Positions 30,523-40,546 of a DNA stretch of 64,000 nucleotides are shown piece by piece. A program made the position numbers and the translations under genes. Within the stretch, counting starts at the first letter, position 1; each line of letters starts with the position of its first letter. Under the pieces are notes generated by a model. It was not told where the DNA came from, did no database searches, and saw only the letters and a program-made list of their open reading frames with translations. Source of the DNA: an uncultured Methylomirabilota bacterium (GTDB lineage Bacteria; Methylomirabilota; Methylomirabilia; Methylomirabilales; 2-02-FULL-66-22); assembly GCA_963845565.1 (NCBI GenBank), contig CAWJSJ010000005.1, forward strand, positions 736,001 through 800,000, read 5' to 3'.

Positions 30523-31143
30523 TCAAGACGAGATGTTGATAAACAGACGCAAGGGCACGAACGCCTCGGCGTTGCGGACGCGGCCCTGGATACCGCGAAA
30601 ATGGGCGGAGGCCCGCGCGATATCCGCGATGGTCAACCCCTCGATGTTGGTCTTGGTCACCTGGGACGCGTGCGCCTGCAAGGCGGCGATCTTGTCCTCC
30701 AGGATGCCGTCCACATCCACGAAGACGCTGGGCGAGAAGTTCTGGCTGGTCGGGCCCTCGAAGAAGAGCACGTTCCGCGTGTAGCGGGTCGCGGTGATGG
30801 TGGCGACCGAGAGATGACGGTGATCCTGATGGGTGTCGTCGTGGTGGTGGACGAAGATGAAGTCGGGGCCGATCTGCCGGATGACGCTCTCCACGCGCTG
30901 GATGCTCTCGCGATCCAGCGGGATGGCGGTGTCGGGATAGTCGCCCCAGAACAGCTTGGCGATCCGAAGGATCCGCCCGGCCCGCTCCTGCTCGGTCCGG
31001 CGGGTCGGACCCTCTCCGCCCCCCCCGCCATCGGTCATCACCAGCAGGAACACCTCGTGTCCCTGCCGCGCGTATTTGAGCAGCGTGCCGCCGCAGCCGA
31101 ATTCGATGTCGTCGGGGTGTGCGCCGATCGCCAGGATGCGCAT
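30523..31143 (-). CDS. PIG-L/LmbE family deacetylase
   Basis: AHPDDIE and HQDH motifs. Confidence 0.9.
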   Translation of the reverse strand: MRILAIGAHPDDIEFGCGGTLLKYARQGHEVFLLVMTDGGGGGEGPTRRTEQERAGRILRIAKLFWGDYPDTAIPLDRESIQRVESVIRQIGPDFIFVHHHDDTHQDHRHLSVATITATRYTRNVLFFEGPTSQNFSPSVFVDVDGILEDKIAALQAHASQVTKTNIEGLTIADIARASAHFRGIQGRVRNAEAFVPLRLFINISS

Positions 31144-31198
31144 GGGGGACCCCTCCGCGCGCGTCTCGCGCCAACCGGGACCTCGTGGGGCCGTTTTG

Positions 31199-31900
31199 CT
31201 ACGACACGGCCGGCTGCCACCGGCGGCCCGACCGGAGGACGGTCAGGCTCTCCGGGCCGCAATTGAAAAGCAAATCTATCACCGACAGATGGGAAACGAA
31301 AGGCGTATATCGCTGTGGATACTCGGGATGCCGATAGTCCTGGGCCGATACCGCGATGTCCGCCTGGGTGAATCGCGCGAGGTCCATGTAACCCGCACCG
31401 CCCTGCCCGGCGAGGTATGTCGTGCCGCCGACGGCGCGACAGAGGTCGATCAAACGGTCCGTCGGCTCCTCCCGGGCGGACAGGGTGGAGGCGAGCCTCC
31501 GGGGCGTGGCGATCCCGAGTTGTTCGCAGAGCAGGTCCAGCACGGCCACGTTCAGGTCGCACAGCCGCGGCCATGGTCGCTCGAGAAGGGCGACGAGTGC
31601 CGGGCCGGCCGGTTCCCAGTGCGGGGCCTTCCCGTACTGCAGGGACAGGGCGTGGCGGTGCTTGCGCGACCAGTCCACGCCGGGATTGACCTCCACTCGA
31701 TCGATGCGTTCAGGGAAGCGGTCGATGATCGGGACGGTCAACCACTGCCAGCCCTCCTTGGTCCGGATCCGGTTGCGATTCTGCCACTCGTGCTTCTTGA
31801 ACTGAACGGTATCCAGGATGATGAACACGTCCGCCGAGTCGAGCTTGTCGAGGTATCCCAGCCAGGGAAGGTATTGCGGCTGATGGATGGCGACCTTCAC
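31199..31900 (-). CDS. WbqC family protein
   Basis: AIHQPQYLPWLGY, WQNRNRI, YPQ...HLSVIDLLFN. Confidence 0.9.
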   Translation of the reverse strand: MKVAIHQPQYLPWLGYLDKLDSADVFIILDTVQFKKHEWQNRNRIRTKEGWQWLTVPIIDRFPERIDRVEVNPGVDWSRKHRHALSLQYGKAPHWEPAGPALVALLERPWPRLCDLNVAVLDLLCEQLGIATPRRLASTLSAREEPTDRLIDLCRAVGGTTYLAGQGGAGYMDLARFTQADIAVSAQDYRHPEYPQRYTPFVSHLSVIDLLFNCGPESLTVLRSGRRWQPAVS

Positions 31901-33477
31901 GGGCGGCCCTCCCGGGAGGCGTCCAGGAAAATGGGGTTGCTCAGGAGTCGATGGCCGCCCGCCGCCCGGATGTCCAGGCGGAAAAAGCTCTTCGAACCCA
32001 TCGTCAGCGGGGCGTCGGTCCAGCGCAGCGCAAGCGGCGTGTCGCCGCGGAACGTCTGGACCAGCGAGCCGGACCGGATGAGGCGCACCTCCACTGGGAG
32101 CCGTTTCCCGCCGGCCGTGCCGACGACGGCATGGATTTCGGGGCGGGCGCCCGCCCGGAGCACGAGGAGGCTGCCCGCCTCCGCCGGTGGGGCGTCCGAG
32201 GAGATCGCCTGGAATCGGTCGAGCGTCAGCCCCTCCTCGGGGGTCCGCAGCAACGCATAGGCGCGTCCCGCCCGGAGGCTCTCCAGTATCGCGGCGGCGT
32301 CTTTCCGCGCCGCCAAGATCACGGTTTGGACGTCGCCGAAGCGCTTGCCCGCCTGGCCTTCGAAGTGAAACGCCGCTTCCCCGACGGCCCAGGCTGGGGC
32401 GGCCCGACGGGCGTGCAGATACTCCAGGAGGAGCTGGTCCCACCCCTGGCCTGGCTCGGTGAACGTCGTGGTGTCCTCGTAGATCCCGCCGAAGGCGGCG
32501 AACCGGTCGGTCCGCAGGAGATCTTCAGGGTAGGGATCGGTCCGGATGGTGGCCCGCAAACCCGCCACGGTCACCACCTGATGGTCCCGCGCCTCCGGCA
32601 GCGACCAGACCGAGACGCCACCCTTCGCGCCGACGAAGTCGATGACATTCTGGTGCGGCGTCAGGCCCGCGGCGTCGTCGTACGGGGAGACGCCGGACGG
32701 GCGAAAGGGGTAGTTGTTCGCCAGCAACAGGATGCCCACCACCAGGCAGAGCACGCCGGGGGCGATCAGGCGCCGCTCCTCGGCGACGCGGAAATGCCGG
32801 AGCCGAATCACCCGGCGGCGCTTGACCCGCAGGAGCCAGATACCACCGATTGTCAGCAACAGGGGAGACAGCAGCCACAGGCTCCCCAGGCCCCAGCGGC
32901 CCGATCCGTCGTTTCCCACGACGGGGAGTGCCTGGTAGTCCTCCGCACGGTAGAGGCCGAGCGCCAGGACATTCTTCTGGGCGTTGTGCATGGTCAGCGT
33001 GCCGCCGAGCAGGTTGCCGGTCCAGAAATAGTGCGGGATGGTCTCCACCCCGGGGATGATCAGGACGTCCCGCTGTTTCTCGTTGGCGGCTTGGACGGCC
33101 CGGAGAAACGCGTCGGGGCCCTTGGGGAGAACCGACGGATACTCGACGCGGTGGCGCAGTAGTGTGCGCAACGGCGGCAGGCCGTATTCGAACCGCTGGA
33201 GATGGTTCTCGGCCAGGAAGACTGCCTCCACGTTGCGGCTGCGGGCTTGCGCGATGAGATCCTCCAGCGACAGCGCGCCGCTGCTCCAGGTCGAGTGGGC
33301 GTGCAGCACGGTGGCGATCGGGCGGAGAACCGGCGCGGACTGCGCGGCTGACGTGCCGGAGAACGAACCGACCAGGTGCGCGAACGCCCAGAGCGTTGCG
33401 ACGATCCGATGGACGCGTCCGCCGGATTTTCGACGGACCCCGGCGAGCTCAGCGGCGTCGGTCGTTCGCCATAACAT
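31897..33477 (-). CDS. PHP-like domain membrane protein of unknown function
   Basis: HAHSTWSSG, LAENH, IPGVE motifs; two central TM helices; C-terminal LSNPI. Confidence 0.6.
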   Translation of the reverse strand: MLWRTTDAAELAGVRRKSGGRVHRIVATLWAFAHLVGSFSGTSAAQSAPVLRPIATVLHAHSTWSSGALSLEDLIAQARSRNVEAVFLAENHLQRFEYGLPPLRTLLRHRVEYPSVLPKGPDAFLRAVQAANEKQRDVLIIPGVETIPHYFWTGNLLGGTLTMHNAQKNVLALGLYRAEDYQALPVVGNDGSGRWGLGSLWLLSPLLLTIGGIWLLRVKRRRVIRLRHFRVAEERRLIAPGVLCLVVGILLLANNYPFRPSGVSPYDDAAGLTPHQNVIDFVGAKGGVSVWSLPEARDHQVVTVAGLRATIRTDPYPEDLLRTDRFAAFGGIYEDTTTFTEPGQGWDQLLLEYLHARRAAPAWAVGEAAFHFEGQAGKRFGDVQTVILAARKDAAAILESLRAGRAYALLRTPEEGLTLDRFQAISSDAPPAEAGSLLVLRAGARPEIHAVVGTAGGKRLPVEVRLIRSGSLVQTFRGDTPLALRWTDAPLTMGSKSFFRLDIRAAGGHRLLSNPIFLDASREGRP

Positions 33478-34585
33478 CGCGATACACCCGTGCAAGGGAT
33501 TCCACCATAGCCGGTGCGCCGTATCGGCCGGCACGGCGTCGGCCCGCTTCCCCCAGCGCTGTGGCCTGGTCGGGGTCTCGGAGCAGGCCGCAGACGGCGT
33601 CCGCCAGGGCCGCCGCGTCACCCGGCGGCACCAGTCGGCCGGCGGCGCCGTCGGCCAGGAGCTCGGGCACCCCGCCGACACGGGTGGCGACGATCGGTTT
33701 CCCGAGCGCCATGGCCATCACCAGGACGCGACCCATCCCCTCGTTCAGGGAGGGGAGGACGACCACGTCCATCCCGGCGAGCAGTGAGGGGACGTCATCG
33801 CGAAACCCTGTAAAGAGCACGCGATCGCCCACGCCGAGGCGTCGTGCCTGGGCCTCGAGGACCGACCGCGTCTCGCCGTCGCCGACGAAGACGAAACGGG
33901 CCGCCGGACACCGCCGGAGAATTGCGGGCGCGGCATCCAGGAGATGGGCGTGGCCCTTGATCGGGACCAGGCGCGCCACGGTGCCGATCGCCTGCCCATC
34001 CGGCACGAGACGCGCCGGCGTCGCGGCCACGACCGCGTCCAGATCGATTCCGCTGGGGATGGTGACGAACTGGCCTGCGCGGCCGATGCCGAGCGCAAGG
34101 TGCTGGTCGGCTTCGACATCGGTGAGCGTGATGATCCGATCCGTCCAGCGGGCGGCCAGCCGCTCCAGGACAACGAAACTGCGGGTGACCGGTGCCGAGA
34201 AATACCCCTGGAAGATATGGCCGTGCGGCGTGTACAGAATGTGCGGGGATCCCGCCAGCTTCGCCGCCATGCGCCCGATGAACCCGGCCTTGGAGGAATG
34301 CGTATGGACAATGTCCGGTCGAATTCTGCGGATCAGGCGCCACACCTGCCAGAGCGCCCGGCAGTCGTTGGCCACGCCGACCGGCCGACGGAGGTGGGGC
34401 ACCTCGAAGAAGGGGACCCCGGCGTCGCGCAGGGTCTCGGCAAGGCGCGGCGGCGGATCCACCGTCTGACCGGAGATCAGGCTGGAGGCAAACTCCGCCT
34501 TCGGCATCCGCATGGCCGAGATGACCGTGTTCTCGGCGGAACCGCCCACGTCCAGCCGGGTGATGATATGCAGGACCCGGATCAC
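33449..34585 (-). CDS. Glycosyltransferase family 4
   Basis: VLHIITRLDVGG, HTHSSKAG, PSLNEGMG. Confidence 0.9.
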   Translation of the reverse strand: MIRVLHIITRLDVGGSAENTVISAMRMPKAEFASSLISGQTVDPPPRLAETLRDAGVPFFEVPHLRRPVGVANDCRALWQVWRLIRRIRPDIVHTHSSKAGFIGRMAAKLAGSPHILYTPHGHIFQGYFSAPVTRSFVVLERLAARWTDRIITLTDVEADQHLALGIGRAGQFVTIPSGIDLDAVVAATPARLVPDGQAIGTVARLVPIKGHAHLLDAAPAILRRCPAARFVFVGDGETRSVLEAQARRLGVGDRVLFTGFRDDVPSLLAGMDVVVLPSLNEGMGRVLVMAMALGKPIVATRVGGVPELLADGAAGRLVPPGDAAALADAVCGLLRDPDQATALGEAGRRRAGRYGAPAMVESLARVYRDVMANDRRR

Positions 34586-36720
34586 GGCAGCCCTCCGGAC
34601 TCTGCGCGGGGTCGTTCCGCGTACAATTCGATGGACGGTCCGGTCAGGAGCCGTCCACGCGACAGGGTCTCCACGATGCCGGCTTGCGCGGCGATCAATC
34701 GGAACATGCCATGCAGGATGCGTGCCCGCGGACCCTGTCTATGCTCGTCCGGGTGTTCCGCTGCCAGCACGGAATTGCGAACCAGCGTGATGCGAAAGCC
34801 GGCGCGCTGGACGATCCGGCGCAGACCGTCAGGGGAAAAGGCGAACACGTGGAGCACCGGATAACGATCCCAACCGCGCCACCGGACGAGCGGGCCGAGC
34901 GCGGTCAGGACGCGGACCCAGGGGCGATGGAAGGCGGCGTTCGGAACGCGGATGATCACACGGCCGCCGGGGACCAGCACCCGAAAGGCTTCTTGCAGCG
35001 TGGTCACCGGATCGGGGGTGTGATCCAGAATATTGACGAGACACACGGCATCCGCACACGCGTCGCGAAAGGGCAGCGCGGCGGCATCCGCCTGCGCGGC
35101 GGGGCACCCCAACGTCCCGGCGGTCACGCAGGCCCCATGGGAGACGTCGGTGCCGGCAGCGCGCCACCCGCGGCGGCACGCCGATGCCAGCAAATGTCCG
35201 CCCCCGCAGCCGATGTCCAGTAGCCGGGTTTCTCCCGCGGGGGAGGCAAGGCAGTCCAGGATGGAGGAAAACATTTCCGCCCGGGGTGCGACGATCTGCT
35301 GGGGCGGGAAGCGCTCCGGATACTCGACCCCGTAGCGAGTCCGGAGGACCGTCTTGGCCGGGACGGTAGCGATCCTGCCGGTGCGGCACCGGGGGCACTG
35401 AAGATAGGCGGACCCCCCATACGCGAGGCCGGTTCTCGCGAAGGTGTCACCGCAGGCGGGGCAGGGTGCTGCGGGTGCGGACGCAGAAGGGCGAGGGTCG
35501 ACGAGTTCCGAGAGCGTGTCCTCCAGGTGACTGACCGATCGGTCCCAGCCGTACTCGGCCTCGGCATACAGACGGCAGGCCGTCCGCCGGGTGTCGGCGG
35601 CGCTCCGGTCCCGGGTCAAGGTCTCGAGAAACTCCTGGAGCCGTTCGGCCATGGCCTCGGGTGAGGCGGCGCGGAACAAGAGGGAGGAATCCAGCGGACG
35701 CAAGATCTCCGGGGTTGCCCCGATGGCGGTCGCCAGAACCGGCGTCCCGGACGCCAGCGCCTCGACGGTGATCAGGCCGAAGCCTTCGAGTTCCCGGGTG
35801 GGCAGGACAAACGCATCCGCCGCCTGATAGTAGCGAGGAAGATCCGCATCCGGGATGTATCCCACGAACCGCACCTGCTCCTGGAGCTGCAAGGACGCTG
35901 CGCGCGACTCCAGCGCGGTTCGCAGGGACCCGGTGCCGCCAACCAGAAGCACCGCGCTGGGCACGGCCCGGCGCAGGATCGCCATCGCCTCGATCAGCGT
36001 ATCCAGCCCCATCCGCGCCTCGAGGTTCCGAACGGTCAGGAGCAGGGGAATGCCTTCGGGGAGCCCCAGTTCTCGCCGGACCGCATCCCGGTCGGGCACC
36101 GGCACGAAGCGGTCGATGTCGGCGCCGCCCGGGATCCTGACGATCCGGCCAGAGGGGATCCGGTAGAGTCGCCAGAGTTGATCCGCCGAGAAGTCGCTCA
36201 GGACGTGGATGCGGGTCGCGCGGCGCAGACAGGATCGTTCGATCGCCCACAAGAGCGTCTGGGCGGCCCGGGCCGCGAACCCGGGATGGTGGTGAGCCGT
36301 CATCCCCTGGCGCGAACGGTATTCCAGCGGGGCCGGCGAGAGGAAGGTGTAGAGCCGGGGGAGGCCGCGCACGCCGCGGGCCCCGAGGGCCCCGTAGGCG
36401 GAGAATGGCTGGTGCAGGTGGATGACGTCGGCGGGCGCCGCCTCGAGGGCCGCGGCGACGGCGCGGCGGGCCCCCCGGATGGAGCTCATGAAAAACTGCA
36501 GAGAGGAGGATCCGTGCCGGCACGGGTAGCCGGCGATCGAGACACCCTGCCGTTCCGTGGAGCCCGTCTCGGCATCGGACGCCGCCCGGCTGATGATGCG
36601 CACCCGGTGCCCGCGCCCGGCCAGACGCCAGGCCTGCTCCCACAAGACCCGCTCGGCCCCACCCCGGATGGTGAGCGGGGAGACATCGGACACCGCCAGG
36701 ACGCCAAGGGGGCGGCTCAT
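34582..36720 (-). CDS. GT4 glycosyltransferase fused to a Zn-ribbon and class I SAM methyltransferase
   Basis: EGFGLITVEA in the N-half; CPACG..CPRC then LLDIGCGGG in one continuous frame. Confidence 0.85.
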   Translation of the reverse strand: MSRPLGVLAVSDVSPLTIRGGAERVLWEQAWRLAGRGHRVRIISRAASDAETGSTERQGVSIAGYPCRHGSSSLQFFMSSIRGARRAVAAALEAAPADVIHLHQPFSAYGALGARGVRGLPRLYTFLSPAPLEYRSRQGMTAHHHPGFAARAAQTLLWAIERSCLRRATRIHVLSDFSADQLWRLYRIPSGRIVRIPGGADIDRFVPVPDRDAVRRELGLPEGIPLLLTVRNLEARMGLDTLIEAMAILRRAVPSAVLLVGGTGSLRTALESRAASLQLQEQVRFVGYIPDADLPRYYQAADAFVLPTRELEGFGLITVEALASGTPVLATAIGATPEILRPLDSSLLFRAASPEAMAERLQEFLETLTRDRSAADTRRTACRLYAEAEYGWDRSVSHLEDTLSELVDPRPSASAPAAPCPACGDTFARTGLAYGGSAYLQCPRCRTGRIATVPAKTVLRTRYGVEYPERFPPQQIVAPRAEMFSSILDCLASPAGETRLLDIGCGGGHLLASACRRGWRAAGTDVSHGACVTAGTLGCPAAQADAAALPFRDACADAVCLVNILDHTPDPVTTLQEAFRVLVPGGRVIIRVPNAAFHRPWVRVLTALGPLVRWRGWDRYPVLHVFAFSPDGLRRIVQRAGFRITLVRNSVLAAEHPDEHRQGPRARILHGMFRLIAAQAGIVETLSRGRLLTGPSIELYAERPRAESGGLP

Positions 36721-38621
36721 GGTCGCCCCAGGGTGAAGAGGCCGCCGGAATCCAGGCGCTGCCGCATCCACATCTCGGCCATCATGATAGCCCACAGCCG
36801 ATCGCTGTGGGAACGGGCCCCGCTCAGGTGCTCTCGCTTGAGGCGCTCCACCGTCTCCGGCACGAACAGGCCGCGGCGTCGTACCCGCTCTGCAGACAGG
36901 AGATCCTCCAGGAGACCCCGCAGATCGGTGCGGAGCCATCGGCCCAGCGGGACCATGAAGCCCTGCTTGCGGTGTGAGAGGACCTCCGGGGGCAGCACGT
37001 CCGCGAAGGCGGCCTTGAGCAAGCCCTTGAGGCGCGTGCCTGGGATCTTCGTCCGGGACGGGATGTGTAGGCTCTCCTCGACGAGCCGGTGGTCGCAGAA
37101 AGGCGCCCGGAGCTCCAGAGAGTTGGCCATGCTCATCCGGTCGGCCAAGACGAGCAGGTCGTCGGGAAGGTAGGTGTCGAGGTCGATCCGGAAGGCGCCG
37201 TCCATCCCGTCCCCCGGAACCCGGTGGGCAAAGGCGGCCCGCTGCCGGGAGTCGACGGGTGCGCTCCAGGCGGACTGCAGGGCGGGCGTCGCCAGGCGCG
37301 CCAGCTCCTCGTCGTTGAAAAAGCGCGTCCAGCCGATGTAGCGGTCCGGCATGGGTCGCTCGGCACCGGTCACAAAGCGGCGGAACCAGTCGGCCCAGTT
37401 GCGGCTCTTCTCGCTTTCCGCCACCGAGCCAACCAGCACCTTCCCCGCGATCGCGCGGAGAGGAGACGGCAGGCGGCGGTAGAGTTCGGAGAACCGGACG
37501 CCCAGGTAGCGCGGATACCCGCCGAATGTCTCGTCGCCACCGATCCCGGAGAGCGCCACCTTGACGTGGCGGGCGGTGGCCTGGGCCACCGCAAAGGTGG
37601 GGATGGCCGACGAATCCGCGAACGGCTCGTCGAAGTGATCGACCAGCACGGGGAGGAGATCGGCCACGTTGGGCTCCAGGATCTCCTCGGTGTGATCGGT
37701 CCCGAAGCGCTGGGCCACCAAGCGGGCGTACGGGCGCTCGTCGAAGGAGGCGGCTGAAGCGCCGAACCCGATGGAGAAGGTGGCGATGCGTTGACTGGTG
37801 GCCTCCCGCATGCAGGCGACGACCGCGCTGGAATCCACACCGCCGCTCAGGAAGACGCCCAAGGGCACGTCGCTTTCCAGGCGGTCCGCCACGGCCTCCT
37901 GGAGCGTGTGGCGGACACGGGCGGCCGTCTCCGCTTCGGGAGGGGGCGCCACGTCCCGCCCGGCGGGCAGGCGCCAATAGCCGCGCACCGTCAGGTTGCC
38001 TTGGTGGAGCCGTGCGGTATGGGCGGGCGGAAGCTTGGCGATTCCTGCGAAGATGGAGTCCTCGGCGGGCGTGTACCCGAACGCAAGATAGTGATGGAAG
38101 GCGTCCAGGTTTACCTGGCGGGATACCGCCGGGTGGCACAGCAGGGCCTTGATCTCGGACGCGAAGAGGAAGAGTCCGTTCTGATGCCGGTAGTAGAGCG
38201 GCTTTTTCCCCAGCCGGTCGCGCGCCAGGAAGAGCGTCGCGCGGGCCGCATCCCAGATGGCGAAGGCGAACATGCCGCGCAGTCGTTCCACACACCGCTC
38301 GCCTTCGTCCTCGTACAGGTGGAGAATCGCCTCGGTGTCGCTCCGGGTCCGAAATCGGTGTCCCCGAGCCTCCAGGTCGCGCTGCAGTTCCCGGTGGTTG
38401 TAGATCTCCCCGTTGAAGACGATCCAGAGGGAGCCGTCCTCGTTGGTCATCGGCTGCCGCCCGCCCGCCACATCGATGATGGCGAGGCGGGTCATCCCGA
38501 TCCCCACGGAGGGCTCTTCATGGAGGCCGGTGTCGTCCGGGCCGCGGTGGCGCAGTGTCCGGAGCATGTCAGGGAGCACTCCCGGCGCCGCCGTCCCCTG
38601 GTACCCTGCAATTCCGCACAT
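36717..38621 (-). CDS. asnB: Asparagine synthase (glutamine-hydrolysing) / polysaccharide amidotransferase
   Basis: MCGIAG, HRGPD, NGEIYN, LSGGVDSS, SGIGGDE. Confidence 0.92.
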   Translation of the reverse strand: MCGIAGYQGTAAPGVLPDMLRTLRHRGPDDTGLHEEPSVGIGMTRLAIIDVAGGRQPMTNEDGSLWIVFNGEIYNHRELQRDLEARGHRFRTRSDTEAILHLYEDEGERCVERLRGMFAFAIWDAARATLFLARDRLGKKPLYYRHQNGLFLFASEIKALLCHPAVSRQVNLDAFHHYLAFGYTPAEDSIFAGIAKLPPAHTARLHQGNLTVRGYWRLPAGRDVAPPPEAETAARVRHTLQEAVADRLESDVPLGVFLSGGVDSSAVVACMREATSQRIATFSIGFGASAASFDERPYARLVAQRFGTDHTEEILEPNVADLLPVLVDHFDEPFADSSAIPTFAVAQATARHVKVALSGIGGDETFGGYPRYLGVRFSELYRRLPSPLRAIAGKVLVGSVAESEKSRNWADWFRRFVTGAERPMPDRYIGWTRFFNDEELARLATPALQSAWSAPVDSRQRAAFAHRVPGDGMDGAFRIDLDTYLPDDLLVLADRMSMANSLELRAPFCDHRLVEESLHIPSRTKIPGTRLKGLLKAAFADVLPPEVLSHRKQGFMVPLGRWLRTDLRGLLEDLLSAERVRRRGLFVPETVERLKREHLSGARSHSDRLWAIMMAEMWMRQRLDSGGLFTLGRP

Positions 38622-38624
38622 GGG

Positions 38625-39755
38625 TCAGGACGCTCCGCTTTCCGTGGCGAGGGTCTCCAGGAGATCCACCAGGCGGGCGGTTGTCTTTCGGGGGTCGAAG
38701 TCGCGCGCGCGCGACAACCCCTGCGCGCGCAGGGTGCACCGGAGGGTTTCATCGGCCGCGATGCGACGAAGGGCTGCGGCCATGTCGCCGACACTCGTGG
38801 GGTCAAAGTAGAGCGCCGCGTCGCCGGCGACCTCGGGCAACGCGCCCGCACGGGCGCACACCACGGGGGTGCCGCATGCCATGGCCTCCAGGACGGGCAA
38901 GCCGAATCCTTCCGCCAGGGAAGGGCATACGAGCGCGGTGGCGCCCGCGTAGAGCCGAGGGAGATCCTCCGGCGCGATGAAGCCCGGCATGATTATCCCG
39001 TCGTGCGCGAGTGTCCGCGGGTCCAGCGCACGCGCCGGTCCGTGCCCTGTGGGGGAACCGGCCAGGACCAACGCCACGCGCTCCCGCTCGGCGGTCGGCA
39101 GCACGGTGTGGGCCTCGGCCAAACGCGCAAGGTTCTTGTGCGGGAGGAAGTTTCCGACCGCGAGGAGATACGGGCCCCCAATGCCGTATCGGGACATGGT
39201 GTCCCGAATGTCCTCGGGTTGATGGCCGGGATGGAACTCGCGTCCGACGCCGATGGGTATTACATGGATTCGGGCGGCGGGAATTCCGAGCCGACCAGCG
39301 ATCTCCCGCTTGCTGTATTCCGAATCGGTAATGACGGCGGTGGCTCGCCGGCTGAGGAGGGTTGCCCAGAGGCGGAACGCGATGGCGAAGCCTCTCCGCC
39401 AGCCTCGCGTGTACGCCGGAAAGGTGACTGGGATCAGGTCGTGGATGGTCACGACCGTGGGACACGGCGCCCTTCGGGGCGCCTTGTAGTACGGCGAGAA
39501 GAACAGCGTGGCCGAGATCTCGCGCAGCGCGCGCGGGAGGAGCACCTGATCGAAATAGAGGCCCGGTCGCCACGGGAGGCGGCGCACGGACAGGTGCGGG
39601 GCGGCGACGGGGATCCGCGTGGTCCGGCCTGCCATGGCAACGGTCGTGAGGTGAGGGCGGCTCTGGGCGATCTCCTCCAGGATCCCCCCAAGGAAGCGCC
39701 CGATGCCGGTGACCCGGCCCGGTACCAATTCTCGGCAGTCGATGGCCAGAACCAT
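38625..39755 (-). CDS. Glycosyltransferase family 4 (MtfB-like)
   Basis: VVTIHDL, PHKNL, EGFGLPVLEAMACG. Confidence 0.9.
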   Translation of the reverse strand: MVLAIDCRELVPGRVTGIGRFLGGILEEIAQSRPHLTTVAMAGRTTRIPVAAPHLSVRRLPWRPGLYFDQVLLPRALREISATLFFSPYYKAPRRAPCPTVVTIHDLIPVTFPAYTRGWRRGFAIAFRLWATLLSRRATAVITDSEYSKREIAGRLGIPAARIHVIPIGVGREFHPGHQPEDIRDTMSRYGIGGPYLLAVGNFLPHKNLARLAEAHTVLPTAERERVALVLAGSPTGHGPARALDPRTLAHDGIIMPGFIAPEDLPRLYAGATALVCPSLAEGFGLPVLEAMACGTPVVCARAGALPEVAGDAALYFDPTSVGDMAAALRRIAADETLRCTLRAQGLSRARDFDPRKTTARLVDLLETLATESGAS

Positions 39756-39817
39756 ACAGGACGCCTCTTTCGTCCGGCGACGGGACGGCGGTCCGGTCGC
39801 CGGCGCGTGCCCGGCGC

Positions 39818-40546
39818 TCACTTCAATCTGCCATACCTCGCCCGTATGCGGAGCAGGTCCGGGACGACCCTGAGCGCCATCGCGGCGACTCTGGAGCGCT
39901 TTCCGGGGACGTCCCGCCATTGCCGGAGCGGACACTCCACGATGGTCGCCTCGCGGAGCCGGAACATCAATTCGACGTCGAAAAGCCACCGCGACACGAA
40001 GGGAGCGGCAAACGCGGCGGCGACGACCTCGCGCCGGAACAGCTTCGCCCCGCATTGGGAGTCGTAGCTTCCGATGTTCAGCATCAGGGCCGCCATCGTC
40101 GCAAAACATCGGCCCGCCAGATGGCGAAAGAAACTCCGTTCGATGACGCTGCCGAGCCGATACACCCGGCTTCCCCAGATGGAATCCGCCGGGTCGTCGA
40201 GTTGCCGCGAGAATCGCAGGAATGACCGGACCTCCGACAGCGGCGTCGCCAGGTCCGCATCCCAGTACCCGAACCAGGCGGCCTCGCTCAGGGGCGGCGT
40301 GCGCACGGCGTGCAACATGCCGGCCCTGACCGCCTCGGCTTTGCCCCGGTTATGCGGCAGGTCCAGCAGATGAATCCGCACGCCTAGGTGCTTCCGTACC
40401 ACGTCGGCGGTGCGATCGGTGGAGCCGTCATTGACGAACAGCAGCAGGGAGGACTCGGGGCCGGCAAGGAACCGGTCCATGTCGAGCCGTGCCGCCTCGT
40501 TGTGGCAGGGAATCACGAGACAGGTTTTTTCCTGGCCGTTAGACAT
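39818..40546 (-). CDS. GT2, polyprenol-phosphate glycosyltransferase-like
   Basis: VIPCHNE, NDGSTD, NRGKAEAVRAG, DADLATP, DSQCGAKLF. Confidence 0.88.
   Translation of the reverse strand: MSNGQEKTCLVIPCHNEAARLDMDRFLAGPESSLLLFVNDGSTDRTADVVRKHLGVRIHLLDLPHNRGKAEAVRAGMLHAVRTPPLSEAAWFGYWDADLATPLSEVRSFLRFSRQLDDPADSIWGSRVYRLGSVIERSFFRHLAGRCFATMAALMLNIGSYDSQCGAKLFRREVVAAAFAAPFVSRWLFDVELMFRLREATIVECPLRQWRDVPGKRSRVAAMALRVVPDLLRIRARYGRLK

Noticed and set aside
34582..38295. 1237-aa ORF as a single protein
   Set aside because: The N-terminal ~520 aa is an off-frame overlap of asnB; the real start is 36720, overlapping the asnB stop
36717..38621. AsnB as a lasso cyclase for the peptides
   Set aside because: It has an intact N-terminal Cys glutaminase domain and is embedded among glycosyltransferases about 20 kb away, typical of polysaccharide amidotransferases
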